Made by a program: the position numbers and the translations under genes. Below, piece after piece: positions 38,431-47,243 of a stretch of DNA of 64,000 nucleotides. The stretch comes from Candidatus Shapirobacteria bacterium (GTDB taxonomy: Bacteria > Patescibacteriota > Microgenomatia > UBA12405), in the NCBI GenBank assembly GCA_041659325.1, contig JBAZYN010000001.1, positions 302,819-366,818 of the forward strand. Direction: 5' to 3'. Within the stretch, counting starts at the first letter, position 1, and every line of letters starts with the position of its first letter. The notes under the pieces are model-generated. The model ran no database searches and was not told where the DNA came from. It saw only the letters and a program-made list of their open reading frames with translations.

Positions 38431-38924
38431 AATTGACCAACAAATGATAAATTTGAAATTTTTATATATTCCGTCACCACCACATTCTTTATATTATTGG
38501 GAACATAAATTATTAGTTCGCTAGGAATAGTCGGAATACTACTTAAAAATTTGATCATCGCCCCGATGTTATAAGTTTTTATCCCCGGCAAATAACCATA
38601 CTTTTTTGACAAAAAGAAAAAATATGTCATCATTCTCTTGTTGTCCAACGCCAGAGCCATATCAGCCATCTGGTTGTGTAGAATTACCCGCCCAAGCTTT
38701 TCTGATTCACTAAGCTTTAATATTTCCAGTTCACACAAAACCTTTATTCCCACGGCAAAATCCATTCTAGCCAAAAGCGGCAAAAATGGTAGATTGTTAA
38801 TCATTAGTTTTAATTTACTCATTAAATTTAATCCCAAAAAACGACTCAATATTATCCCCACCTGAGATCTGCTTGTCATTTCCCTGGCAATCAACGCCAC
38901 ATCTGGTACTATTTTTTCATTCAT
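38427..38924 (-). CDS. Hypothetical protein (165 aa), translationally coupled within operon
   Basis: ATGA and 8-bp overlaps with the flanking genes. No motif recognised. Confidence 0.3.
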   Translation of the reverse strand: MNEKIVPDVALIAREMTSRSQVGIILSRFLGLNLMSKLKLMINNLPFLPLLARMDFAVGIKVLCELEILKLSESEKLGRVILHNQMADMALALDNKRMMTYFFFLSKKYGYLPGIKTYNIGAMIKFLSSIPTIPSELIIYVPNNIKNVVVTEYIKISNLSFVGQL

Positions 38925-40824
38925 AGGATTTGTGAATAATTGATTCCGTATTTATCGCAAACTCCAAATCACTAATTAACAATTTTTTGTCATTATTTCT
39001 CACAGCCTTGACAAACAAACTATTTTCTATTGCGTACGCCTCTCCGTTTGCGTCTGGGTTAATATTAAAAACAACTGACTCCATGATTGGTTTCAGGTCA
39101 GATTCTTTTTTTACTTCGCCTTTTCCGTCGCCAACAACCCACAACACTCTACCGTCAGTTTTTATTTCTCCTCGCTCAAATTCTATTATTAATTTACTTT
39201 CGGCGATCCATTTTCCCGGTACTGACCAAGATAAATTGGCTTCGCCCTTGAAAACTCCATAATCCAAAATTACTCTGGCCTCATCGTCAACCTCCTCCGA
39301 ATAGATTTTTTTGACTTGTGCATTTACAATTTTTGGCACACCAAAAAGAAAGTTTACTATAGAAAATAAATGTGGCCCGGGATTCATCAGCACTCCTCCT
39401 CCTGACTTGGCCTTTTCAAACATCCAACCTTTTTTTGGAGAAAGCACCTCACCATGCTCATAACTTATCAAAAATTTCTTTACTTTTCCCAATTTTTCAC
39501 TGTCAACAATTCTTTTTATCTCTTTGTAAACTCTGGTATGTACCAGGGTATAACCTACCGATATAATCTTGTTGTATTTTTTTTCCAACATTCTTAATTT
39601 TTTCAACTCCCCAACGTTAAGCGCTGCCGGTTTTTCCACAAACACGTTAACTCCTTTTGACAAACATTTTTCTATTAACTTCACATGTGTAAACGTTGGA
39701 GTTAAAACCCAGACCATATCTAATCTTTCTTGCTTTAATGCCTCGTCAATATCCTGATAATAATTCCCCTCAATTCCCATACTTTGAATCGTCTTAAATA
39801 ACTTTGGATTGTTATCAACTAAGGCTAGAATTTTGACTTCTTCAAATGTTTTTAAAATAGACAAATGCAATAAACCCATTTTCCCCAGACCAACCACTCC
39901 AACCTTTAATTTATTATCACCAAAAACTATTGCCAAACCCTCCTTTATCCCAACCGTCTTTATCCCGGATTCGCGAATAATCGGCCGGGAGTCACATATG
40001 ATTTCTTGTGTTGACCCCAGTACATTGTCAATATAAAAAGGGGGATTTTTCATCTTTAAAAACTCAAACACTCTACCGGCCACAATTCCCACCCATACGG
40101 GGATGTGCAATAAGGTTACCTTCTTTCCCTTGTGGCTCATTAACAGCTTGTAAAAATAATTATAACTAATTGGTTTTACCGATCCTGCATCGTATATTTT
40201 GCCATCACCATTGGCAAAGAGCCATTCAACATATTTACACAAGTCTTTCACATAAACCGAATACACCTGAGTTTCACCATCACCAAACACAGGAACCACA
40301 GGCAAAGAAGACATTAACTTCATTATTTTCCCCACCAACCCCTTTTCCCCCTCGCCATACACCAAACTTGGCCTTAAAATTGAATATTTTATTCCGGATC
40401 TTTTTACAATTTCATCTGCCAATAGCTTCGTTTTTGAATACACCCCTTTTCTTTTTATTTTTGTTGCCTGGGTACTAAAGTGAATCAGCTTTGCTATCTG
40501 TCTTTCTTTTCCCGCCTTTATGATATTTTCTAAACCTTTTACATTTACTTCATAGCTCAAGGTCGGATGATAGCCATTTACTGCCAAATTAACCACAATG
40601 CTTTTTTGGGGAATTGCTTTTTTTAAAGAACCCAAATCCAAAACATCCGCATAATCCACCTTTAGAGATCCTTTTAAGTCAAACCCGGGGAGAGATCCTC
40701 GTCTGATCAACGCCACCACCTCGTAACCGCTACCGGCCAAGTAATTAACTAAATGCTGGCCGATAAAACCATTGGCCCCTATTACACAAATTTTACTTTT
40801 TATCACAGTTATAAATTCTAGCAA
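38917..40824 (-). CDS. Fusion protein: N-terminal NAD-dependent epimerase/dehydratase (SDR) plus C-terminal Gfo/Idh/MocA-family oxidoreductase
   Basis: N-terminal VIGANGFIGQHLVNYL is an SDR Rossmann motif. From about residue 310, KVGVVGLGKMGLLHLSIL is the Gfo/Idh/MocA N-terminal Rossmann motif, followed by an EKP motif (VFVEKP). 635 aa. Confidence 0.6.
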   Translation of the reverse strand: MLEFITVIKSKICVIGANGFIGQHLVNYLAGSGYEVVALIRRGSLPGFDLKGSLKVDYADVLDLGSLKKAIPQKSIVVNLAVNGYHPTLSYEVNVKGLENIIKAGKERQIAKLIHFSTQATKIKRKGVYSKTKLLADEIVKRSGIKYSILRPSLVYGEGEKGLVGKIMKLMSSLPVVPVFGDGETQVYSVYVKDLCKYVEWLFANGDGKIYDAGSVKPISYNYFYKLLMSHKGKKVTLLHIPVWVGIVAGRVFEFLKMKNPPFYIDNVLGSTQEIICDSRPIIRESGIKTVGIKEGLAIVFGDNKLKVGVVGLGKMGLLHLSILKTFEEVKILALVDNNPKLFKTIQSMGIEGNYYQDIDEALKQERLDMVWVLTPTFTHVKLIEKCLSKGVNVFVEKPAALNVGELKKLRMLEKKYNKIISVGYTLVHTRVYKEIKRIVDSEKLGKVKKFLISYEHGEVLSPKKGWMFEKAKSGGGVLMNPGPHLFSIVNFLFGVPKIVNAQVKKIYSEEVDDEARVILDYGVFKGEANLSWSVPGKWIAESKLIIEFERGEIKTDGRVLWVVGDGKGEVKKESDLKPIMESVVFNINPDANGEAYAIENSLFVKAVRNNDKKLLISDLEFAINTESIIHKSYE

Positions 40825-40847
40825 TCATTAATCCTTTTAGCCACATT

Positions 40848-41183
40848 CTAGAACCTTTTCCGACCTATTGCTAACTTTCTCACTAATTTCTCCAACTGCT
40901 CCTCATATTTTTTCATTTTTACATTATTTTCAAAAGTTAAATATGCCAAAATCATAAACGCCACAATTACCGCCAAATCCATTACCCTCACTATAAAAAG
41001 TTCTCTTATCAACGGTTCTAAAAGCTGTGGAAACAATGCAAAAAAAGAAAACATAAGCCAAATCAGTGCCCAGGAACCAAACATCCGGTTTGAAATATTT
41101 CTCTTTTTCCAATGCAGCAACAGCACATACATCATAAAAAAAGCAAAACCAAGCAAAACTAATTGAACACCGATTATATTCAT
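40848..41183 (-). CDS. DUF2304-like small membrane protein (GT2-associated)
   Basis: 111 aa, 3-4 TM helices, charged C-terminal coiled segment. Lies immediately downstream of a soluble GT2, as is typical for DUF2304. Confidence 0.45.
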   Translation of the reverse strand: MNIIGVQLVLLGFAFFMMYVLLLHWKKRNISNRMFGSWALIWLMFSFFALFPQLLEPLIRELFIVRVMDLAVIVAFMILAYLTFENNVKMKKYEEQLEKLVRKLAIGRKRF

Positions 41184-41208
41184 AAGTTAGTTATCAAGTT
41201 ATAACTTT

Positions 41209-41880
41209 CTACTTTCTCACATACCAAAAGGGGATATTAAAAAGAATTTTTAACGCATCTAGAATCGTAACCCCTTTGTATTTATCAATGTAGATTGTAT
41301 CAACATTTATTTCAGAAAATGGTATCTTATTTTTTCCCACCCGAGTCGCCATTTCCGTCTCTATCCCGTATCGGGGTGACTGCCACAAAATCTTTTCATA
41401 AACCTCTTTTTTCATTCCTAAAAACCCACACAATAAATCTTTTCTTTTGATATTAAACAAAAACTCGACCAACTTTAAAGCTATAATATTTCCGTATTTT
41501 CTGATAAAGGGCATCTTGCTGTTAAAACTACGATAACCAAAAACCAACTCGTTTGCCCGCAACGATTTTTCAAAATCCGACAGATGCGCTGGATTGTGTT
41601 GACCATCGGCGTCAATATAGATTATTGCTTCTGCCCCCAATTGCCAGGCTTTCTCCGCTCCGGTTTTCATCGCCGCCCCTTTCCCCAAATTAATCACATG
41701 ACGAAGTAGTGTGACCCTCTTTTTATTAGAATAATTTTTTTTCAACAAACTCCATGAATTATCAACGGATCCATCGTCTACCACTACCAAATTTTGCTCT
41801 GATAATTTCAGAATTTCTTTGATTGTGTTAACCGCCCTCTGCCCCTCATTATAAACCGGAACAATTATCGCTATTTTCAT
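41209..41880 (-). CDS. GT2 polyprenyl-phosphate glycosyltransferase-like (DPM1/ArnC-like, soluble)
   Basis: IAIIVPVYNEGQRA ... VVVDDGSVDNS ... IDADGQH (DxD). 223 aa. Confidence 0.6.
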   Translation of the reverse strand: MKIAIIVPVYNEGQRAVNTIKEILKLSEQNLVVVDDGSVDNSWSLLKKNYSNKKRVTLLRHVINLGKGAAMKTGAEKAWQLGAEAIIYIDADGQHNPAHLSDFEKSLRANELVFGYRSFNSKMPFIRKYGNIIALKLVEFLFNIKRKDLLCGFLGMKKEVYEKILWQSPRYGIETEMATRVGKNKIPFSEINVDTIYIDKYKGVTILDALKILFNIPFWYVRK

Positions 41881-41913
41881 TTTTTGTTATTTTACAACAA
41901 TAACATCTCCAGA

Positions 41914-43320
41914 TTACTTTCTGATCTCCTCCAGATACTCGGCTTCGTTATTTACCAAATTCAAATCATAAATATTTTTCCCGGCAACGAAATTTTTGGC
42001 CGCCAAAATTCCCGTATAGATCGAGTGATCCAAATTATTATAATGAAACATCCCGTTTCTGCCTACTAGCTGGACATTCTTCAGATGCTTTTTTGCATAC
42101 CCATAAATATCCTCTAAGGGTTTTACATAACTCAAATCATACTTCGGATAAGCCCCGGGTATCCAATATACCTTGCTACCCAAAATGTCACTCATTTTTA
42201 CCCCCTTCGGAGCAAAGTATTTTAGAAAATCGGATATGGTTGTCTCGACCAGTTCATTATCAGACATTTTTTCAATTTCATCACCCTTTTGGTACGGATA
42301 TTCAAAAACTAAACTTGTTTTGCCCGGCGGAGACATAGCAGGGGACCAGTTATTGGTTTCCATAAAACGGAAGGTTTTTATATTTTTTGGATGGACATAA
42401 ACCCAGGTAAAATTGGTCAAACGCTTGCCTTTTGCAAAAAGTACCACTATTTTTTGGTCAATATACCGTAACTTGCCGGCTCCGATATCAGTAAAGTTTG
42501 CCATAAATTTATCAAGCGGAATGGAAGATATAACATGTTTTGCCAAATATTGCCCTCTGGAGGTTTTGATTACATATTTGTCTCCCTGTTTTTTTATTTT
42601 TAAAAAGTCCTCGCCTAAACTTATCTTGCCCCTTCGAACCCTGATTCTTTCCGCCAATTTTTCACTTATCCGACCTGCTCCCATTTTTGGATATTTAAAT
42701 TCCGGTACCAAGGAGATAACCTTGTTGCGATTAAAACCCAAAGCATTCGTCAGAGCCGTCACCATTGACAAATTTTTCACCCTTTGATTTACAAAATCAG
42801 CCGACATTGTCTCGCAACCATTTTCCCCCCAAAGCTTGTCGTTGTATTCCCGGTTAAACCACTTGTACAACCCCCATCCAAATCTCGATACATAAGCATC
42901 TTTCATAGTAATAATTTTTCTTTTATAAAACACGGACCTTATTTTTTCCCATAAATATGTTAAAAACATATAGAAAGTTTTTGTCGGACTGATATTTTTG
43001 ACCACATCGGAAATCCTGATAGGATATTCAAAAAATTTACCGAATTGATACATCGGAGTAAGCTTTTTTACCGTAATCATTTCTTTGCCAATTAACTCAG
43101 TTAACCATTTGTTTAGCTCTTCATTTTTTGTATACCAGCGGTGTGGTGCCAAATCATAGTTATAGCCACCTTCCCTGATAGTTGCTGCCAATCCACCAAC
43201 ATACTTATTTTTTTCCAACACCAACAATTTTGTTTTTGGCAAGTCTCTCAAAATTTCGTCGGCGCACGACAGTCCGGCCACTCCGGCTCCAAGAATTAAA
43301 ACATCATAACTTTCGGCCAT
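41914..43320 (-). CDS. FAD/NAD(P)-binding flavoenzyme, UDP-galactopyranose mutase (Glf)-like
   Basis: YDVLILGAGVAGLSCA dinucleotide-binding motif. VGGLAAT; FFEYPI; YNDKLWG resembles the Glf YxKKQWG block. 468 aa. Confidence 0.45.
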   Translation of the reverse strand: MAESYDVLILGAGVAGLSCADEILRDLPKTKLLVLEKNKYVGGLAATIREGGYNYDLAPHRWYTKNEELNKWLTELIGKEMITVKKLTPMYQFGKFFEYPIRISDVVKNISPTKTFYMFLTYLWEKIRSVFYKRKIITMKDAYVSRFGWGLYKWFNREYNDKLWGENGCETMSADFVNQRVKNLSMVTALTNALGFNRNKVISLVPEFKYPKMGAGRISEKLAERIRVRRGKISLGEDFLKIKKQGDKYVIKTSRGQYLAKHVISSIPLDKFMANFTDIGAGKLRYIDQKIVVLFAKGKRLTNFTWVYVHPKNIKTFRFMETNNWSPAMSPPGKTSLVFEYPYQKGDEIEKMSDNELVETTISDFLKYFAPKGVKMSDILGSKVYWIPGAYPKYDLSYVKPLEDIYGYAKKHLKNVQLVGRNGMFHYNNLDHSIYTGILAAKNFVAGKNIYDLNLVNNEAEYLEEIRK

Positions 43321-43325
43321 ATCAC

Positions 43326-43691
43326 TTATCTATTTAGAACATATACTCCGACAAAAATCAACAACACTCCGGCAATTTTTTGAATACTAATTACCTCATG
43401 AAAGGCTATTGTACCGACAAGTAAGGTAACGACATAAGTCACAGCCAGAGAAGGATAAGCCACCGATACCGGAAATTTCTGCAATACAAACAGCCACATT
43501 ATCGAAGATAACCCATAAAAAACAAATCCTAGAAAAACCACCGGACTGAAAATTGTTTTAAAAATTGAGGCAATATCAAAAGTCAGACTCGATGAAGTAA
43601 TTCCTTTTTTCAAAAAGAATTGACCCAACAATGCCCCAATCATTGACATAGCCATAAACAAATACCTCACCATATGTTCAAAGCATAACAC
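43326..43691 (-). CDS. SMR/EamA-like 4-TM small membrane protein (ArnE/F- or GtrA-like lipid-linked sugar translocase candidate)
   Basis: 121 aa, four hydrophobic helices. Confidence 0.4.
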   Translation of the reverse strand: MLCFEHMVRYLFMAMSMIGALLGQFFLKKGITSSSLTFDIASIFKTIFSPVVFLGFVFYGLSSIMWLFVLQKFPVSVAYPSLAVTYVVTLLVGTIAFHEVISIQKIAGVLLIFVGVYVLNR

Positions 43692-43701
43692 AAGCTTTAT
43701 T

Positions 43702-45297
43702 CTAAAACTCCATCATCTTTTGGCCAAATATCTCCTGCCATTTTTCTTGGTTGAATTTTACTAAACCTATTTCCCTGTCATTCATCAAATCAGAAAAACA
43801 TTTTTTATCGCTAAATTGCAAACATCCATATATTTTATCTTCTAAATCAAATAAATTTTGGGGCTGATAACTACCATAACCATTGTAAAGATAACAACCG
43901 TGATACAAAGACGACAAGTGTATCCGAGTTAGATAATCAATTCCGGCGATTGCTCCACCCGAATAGCCAAAATGAGTCACGGGTATCTCGAGAAGCACCT
44001 TTTTTTCTGCTTGGCATACTTCTTTTATTTCTTCATACCCAGTTTTATAATCTCTTGCTTCCGATGCAAAAAATGGTAGTGATTCGGCCAGGAATATAAC
44101 TACCAAAATCAACCAGACACGACTGCTCTTGATTTTTTTCAATCCTTCAAGGGCAAAAAATGTCAGTCCAAAATATAATAGAAAATTCCACCTGGCCATG
44201 GCTCGAATCGAATCAGCGAAAGGAAAATACCGCCCAATTAGCACATACAGAGTTGGTACTCCGTAAACCCTCGTCCCCAACGAATTTACCAATCCCAAAA
44301 TCATTATTATCAAAAAAAATAATCGCTTTTTATCAAAGACGAAATTTATCTTTATTTTTTTATTCAGGGCAATCTTTACCAGTCCCGCCAACGCCAGCAA
44401 AGACAGAACTATACCGGGAAATTTCCCTTTCTCTCCCTGAACATGCAAATCAAAAGAATTCCATCTTTTCGTTATCGATGTTTTACCAAATATGGTTGGG
44501 GAATCGGTTGTAAAAAAATAGTCTGTTAAATGGGCCGCATACATTTCATATTCCGCCCGGTTTCGGACAAAGCCATACATATTTTTCATGCCTATATATC
44601 CACCGATAAATACCCCATCAAGCATCAAAAATACTAAGACTACTATCAAAAAGTCCTTAACTTTCCCATGTTTCAGCAGCGCCGAAATCGCCAGAGCTAC
44701 AAGTAAGTACACCACCAAATATACTGATGCCAAAAATTGAACCGCCAAAGCTACCCCAACCAGCACCCTCTTGTCTTTAAACCAAAAGTACAATGCCAAG
44801 AAAAACGGCCAGAATGAAAGCATTTGCGGATGGTTTTGTTGCAAAACCAAAAATGGCCCAAATATAAAAAAAATAGCTCCCAAAAATGCCAAAATATGTG
44901 TTTTAAAAATCAGCTTCCAAAAAATAAACAAAGACCAGTAATTTAAAATGAGTGTCAAAAGCAATACTAAATTAAAAACTAAAATTGGATTGTTTGTAAA
45001 AAAAGTTAAAGGTAAAGCAGTTAATGACTGGGGGATCAGTAAATCAGAAAAGAACAACGATAATTTATTTGGATAAAAAGCGTTCGTTTCAAAAAATTCG
45101 GTGACATTTCCGCTTTTGATATGCCCGATATTCTGAAACATTACCCATATCAGATACGGAGGATCGGACCAACTGACCAGATTAGTACCTATATGAATTA
45201 TCAAATCCCAATAACTAGCCGTTAATAGTCCCAAAAATACCAAAAAAAACCCAAAACTATTTATCGATCCCAACCTTTGGGATGACCTTTGTACCAT
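43702..45297 (-). CDS. GT-C-type polytopic membrane glycosyltransferase (ArnT/PMT-like)
   Basis: 531 aa. At least 10 TM helices, with loops in the N-terminal third. Confidence 0.4.
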   Translation of the reverse strand: MVQRSSQRLGSINSFGFFLVFLGLLTASYWDLIIHIGTNLVSWSDPPYLIWVMFQNIGHIKSGNVTEFFETNAFYPNKLSLFFSDLLIPQSLTALPLTFFTNNPILVFNLVLLLTLILNYWSLFIFWKLIFKTHILAFLGAIFFIFGPFLVLQQNHPQMLSFWPFFLALYFWFKDKRVLVGVALAVQFLASVYLVVYLLVALAISALLKHGKVKDFLIVVLVFLMLDGVFIGGYIGMKNMYGFVRNRAEYEMYAAHLTDYFFTTDSPTIFGKTSITKRWNSFDLHVQGEKGKFPGIVLSLLALAGLVKIALNKKIKINFVFDKKRLFFLIIMILGLVNSLGTRVYGVPTLYVLIGRYFPFADSIRAMARWNFLLYFGLTFFALEGLKKIKSSRVWLILVVIFLAESLPFFASEARDYKTGYEEIKEVCQAEKKVLLEIPVTHFGYSGGAIAGIDYLTRIHLSSLYHGCYLYNGYGSYQPQNLFDLEDKIYGCLQFSDKKCFSDLMNDREIGLVKFNQEKWQEIFGQKMMEF

Positions 45298-46265
45298 TTT
45301 ATGAGTGATTCTACACTATCCTTGACCGTCCTCTTTGGTACCCAACCCAAAAGCTCAGTTGCCCGACTAATATCGGCATACACCTCAGCATATTCACCTT
45401 TTCGTGTCTCACCACTGCCCACCGGAAATTTTATACCCGTTAACTCCTGTACTTGATTTACAATCTCCAAAACCGAATTCCCGCTTCCGGTTCCAAGATT
45501 AATCGTGGTGCTTTCTTTGCCTTCCTGCAAATATTTCAATGCCGCCAAGTGCGCCTCGACCAAATCGATTACGTTAATATAATCTCTAATCGGTGTCCCA
45601 TCTCTGGTATTAACTTTTGGGCAAGTAAGCTTAAAAGGTTCTATCCCCAAAGCACCCCGTACCACATTTTGGATCAACAACTGTGATGGTTTTTTACTAT
45701 CTCCGATCAATCCGTCTTCAGCTGTTCCCGAAACATTAAAATATCGAAAGATCACATAATTCAATCCATGGATTTCTCCAAACCACCGCAGCATTTTTTC
45801 CACTAACAACTTTGACTCACCATAGGGATTGGCCGGAGAGGTCGGATGCTTTTCGTCCATTGGTAAATATTTGCTTTCTCCGCATACGGCACAAGTTGAA
45901 GAAAATACTATATTTTTTACTCCGGTAGCTACCATTGCTTTTAGCAAGCTCAAACTTCCGCCAACATTATTTTCAAAATACAGCTCCGGTTTCTCCATTG
46001 ACTCATTCACCAAACACAACGCTCCGAAGTGGAGTATCCCTTCGGGTTTTGTTTCCAGAAGAATTTTTTCTATGGCCGGATAATCTCTTAAATCTGCTTT
46101 ATAAAAACACAGTTTATGTTGTCCGTATTTTTCCTGAAGTATTTCTACTGGCTGCATATATCCCCTGAATAAATTATCCACAATCCCCACTTCATATCCG
46201 TTTTCCAACAACAACTTTACCGCATGTGACCCGATATAACCGGCTCCTCCTGTTACTAAAATCAT
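45261..46265 (-). CDS. galE: UDP-glucose 4-epimerase (GalE-like SDR)
   Basis: MILVTGGAGYIGSH; catalytic S..YxxxK block (PYGESK). 334 aa. Confidence 0.75.
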   Translation of the reverse strand: MILVTGGAGYIGSHAVKLLLENGYEVGIVDNLFRGYMQPVEILQEKYGQHKLCFYKADLRDYPAIEKILLETKPEGILHFGALCLVNESMEKPELYFENNVGGSLSLLKAMVATGVKNIVFSSTCAVCGESKYLPMDEKHPTSPANPYGESKLLVEKMLRWFGEIHGLNYVIFRYFNVSGTAEDGLIGDSKKPSQLLIQNVVRGALGIEPFKLTCPKVNTRDGTPIRDYINVIDLVEAHLAALKYLQEGKESTTINLGTGSGNSVLEIVNQVQELTGIKFPVGSGETRKGEYAEVYADISRATELLGWVPKRTVKDSVESLIKWYKGHPKGWDR

Positions 46266-46266
46266 T

Positions 46267-47217
46267 TTATTTATCCTCCGACTTTAAATTACTAATTAAA
46301 ATCATCACTCCGCCAATAAGGGCGCACAGCACTCCGATTATACCGCTATAGGTGGACACCAGCAAAATTTTTTCGCTTGGTATCCCAATTTGGGAAAAGA
46401 AATAAACAAAAAGTCCCTCCCGTGGGCCAAAACCAGCAATCGATATCGGCAAAGCAATAATCAAATTGATAATCGGCACAAAAATAAAAATCGGAATTAA
46501 CCCGATTCCGGCATCAAAAATCAAACTATATAGCCAATAAGCAATAGTCCAAATCGGTTCCCATAAAAAGGAAAATAAAAGCACTTTAAAGACTCTATTT
46601 TTATTTTCTTTTTTCAAAACTATCATTAGCTCAAAAACTTTTTTCAACACAGCAACTTTGCCCACAAATTTTTCAAAATCAAAAAAGAATACTAATATAT
46701 AAAACAAACAAAACCCCACAAATAATATTATAAAAAACCAAAAAAGTGCGTCCGGAAACTGATACCCCAAAAGCTTTCCGACAATTACCACAATAAATGC
46801 CATAGCTGAAAAGGCAGACATCCCGATCATCCTATCTAGCAATACCGAGCTCATTAGCCGGGTTTTTGAAAGATTCGGATACCGCTTCATCAGCGGCATC
46901 CACTTAACCAAATCTCCTCCTATTGTCGAGGCCAAAAAAATACTATAAAAATTTCCAATATATGACGCCTTTGTAAACTCCCAGATATCTTTAAACCTAG
47001 GTTTATCGAGTAAAAGCATGCTCCATCTCCACGACCATAAAATATTTCCAAACAAAAAATATACCAAAATCGACAGAGTTGCCCACACCGGCACACCGGC
47101 GATTTTGACCAATATACCCACCATATCCACCCTTTTGAAGGCAATAAAAATCAAAACGGCAGAAAAGACTACCCGAAAAACTTTTGAAAAGAATATTTTC
47201 TTTAACGTATCCTTCAC
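46267..47217 (-). CDS. Flippase-like membrane protein (lysylphosphatidylglycerol-synthase TM region / UPF0104 family)
   Basis: 316 aa, 8 TM helices, GFGPREG motif. GTG start at 47217. Confidence 0.45.
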   Translation of the reverse strand: MKDTLKKIFFSKVFRVVFSAVLIFIAFKRVDMVGILVKIAGVPVWATLSILVYFLFGNILWSWRWSMLLLDKPRFKDIWEFTKASYIGNFYSIFLASTIGGDLVKWMPLMKRYPNLSKTRLMSSVLLDRMIGMSAFSAMAFIVVIVGKLLGYQFPDALFWFFIILFVGFCLFYILVFFFDFEKFVGKVAVLKKVFELMIVLKKENKNRVFKVLLFSFLWEPIWTIAYWLYSLIFDAGIGLIPIFIFVPIINLIIALPISIAGFGPREGLFVYFFSQIGIPSEKILLVSTYSGIIGVLCALIGGVMILISNLKSEDK

Positions 47218-47243
47218 TATTTCATTCTACAATATACATTGAA

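Noticed and set aside
38987-40478. Series of plus-strand ORFs (38987-39262, 39372-39566, 39569-39757, 39809-40036, 40170-40478, and also 42093-42787, 44160-44513, 45453-46168)
   Set aside because: All lie antisense within long, well-supported minus-strand genes and have low-complexity Ser/Pro/Leu-rich translations.
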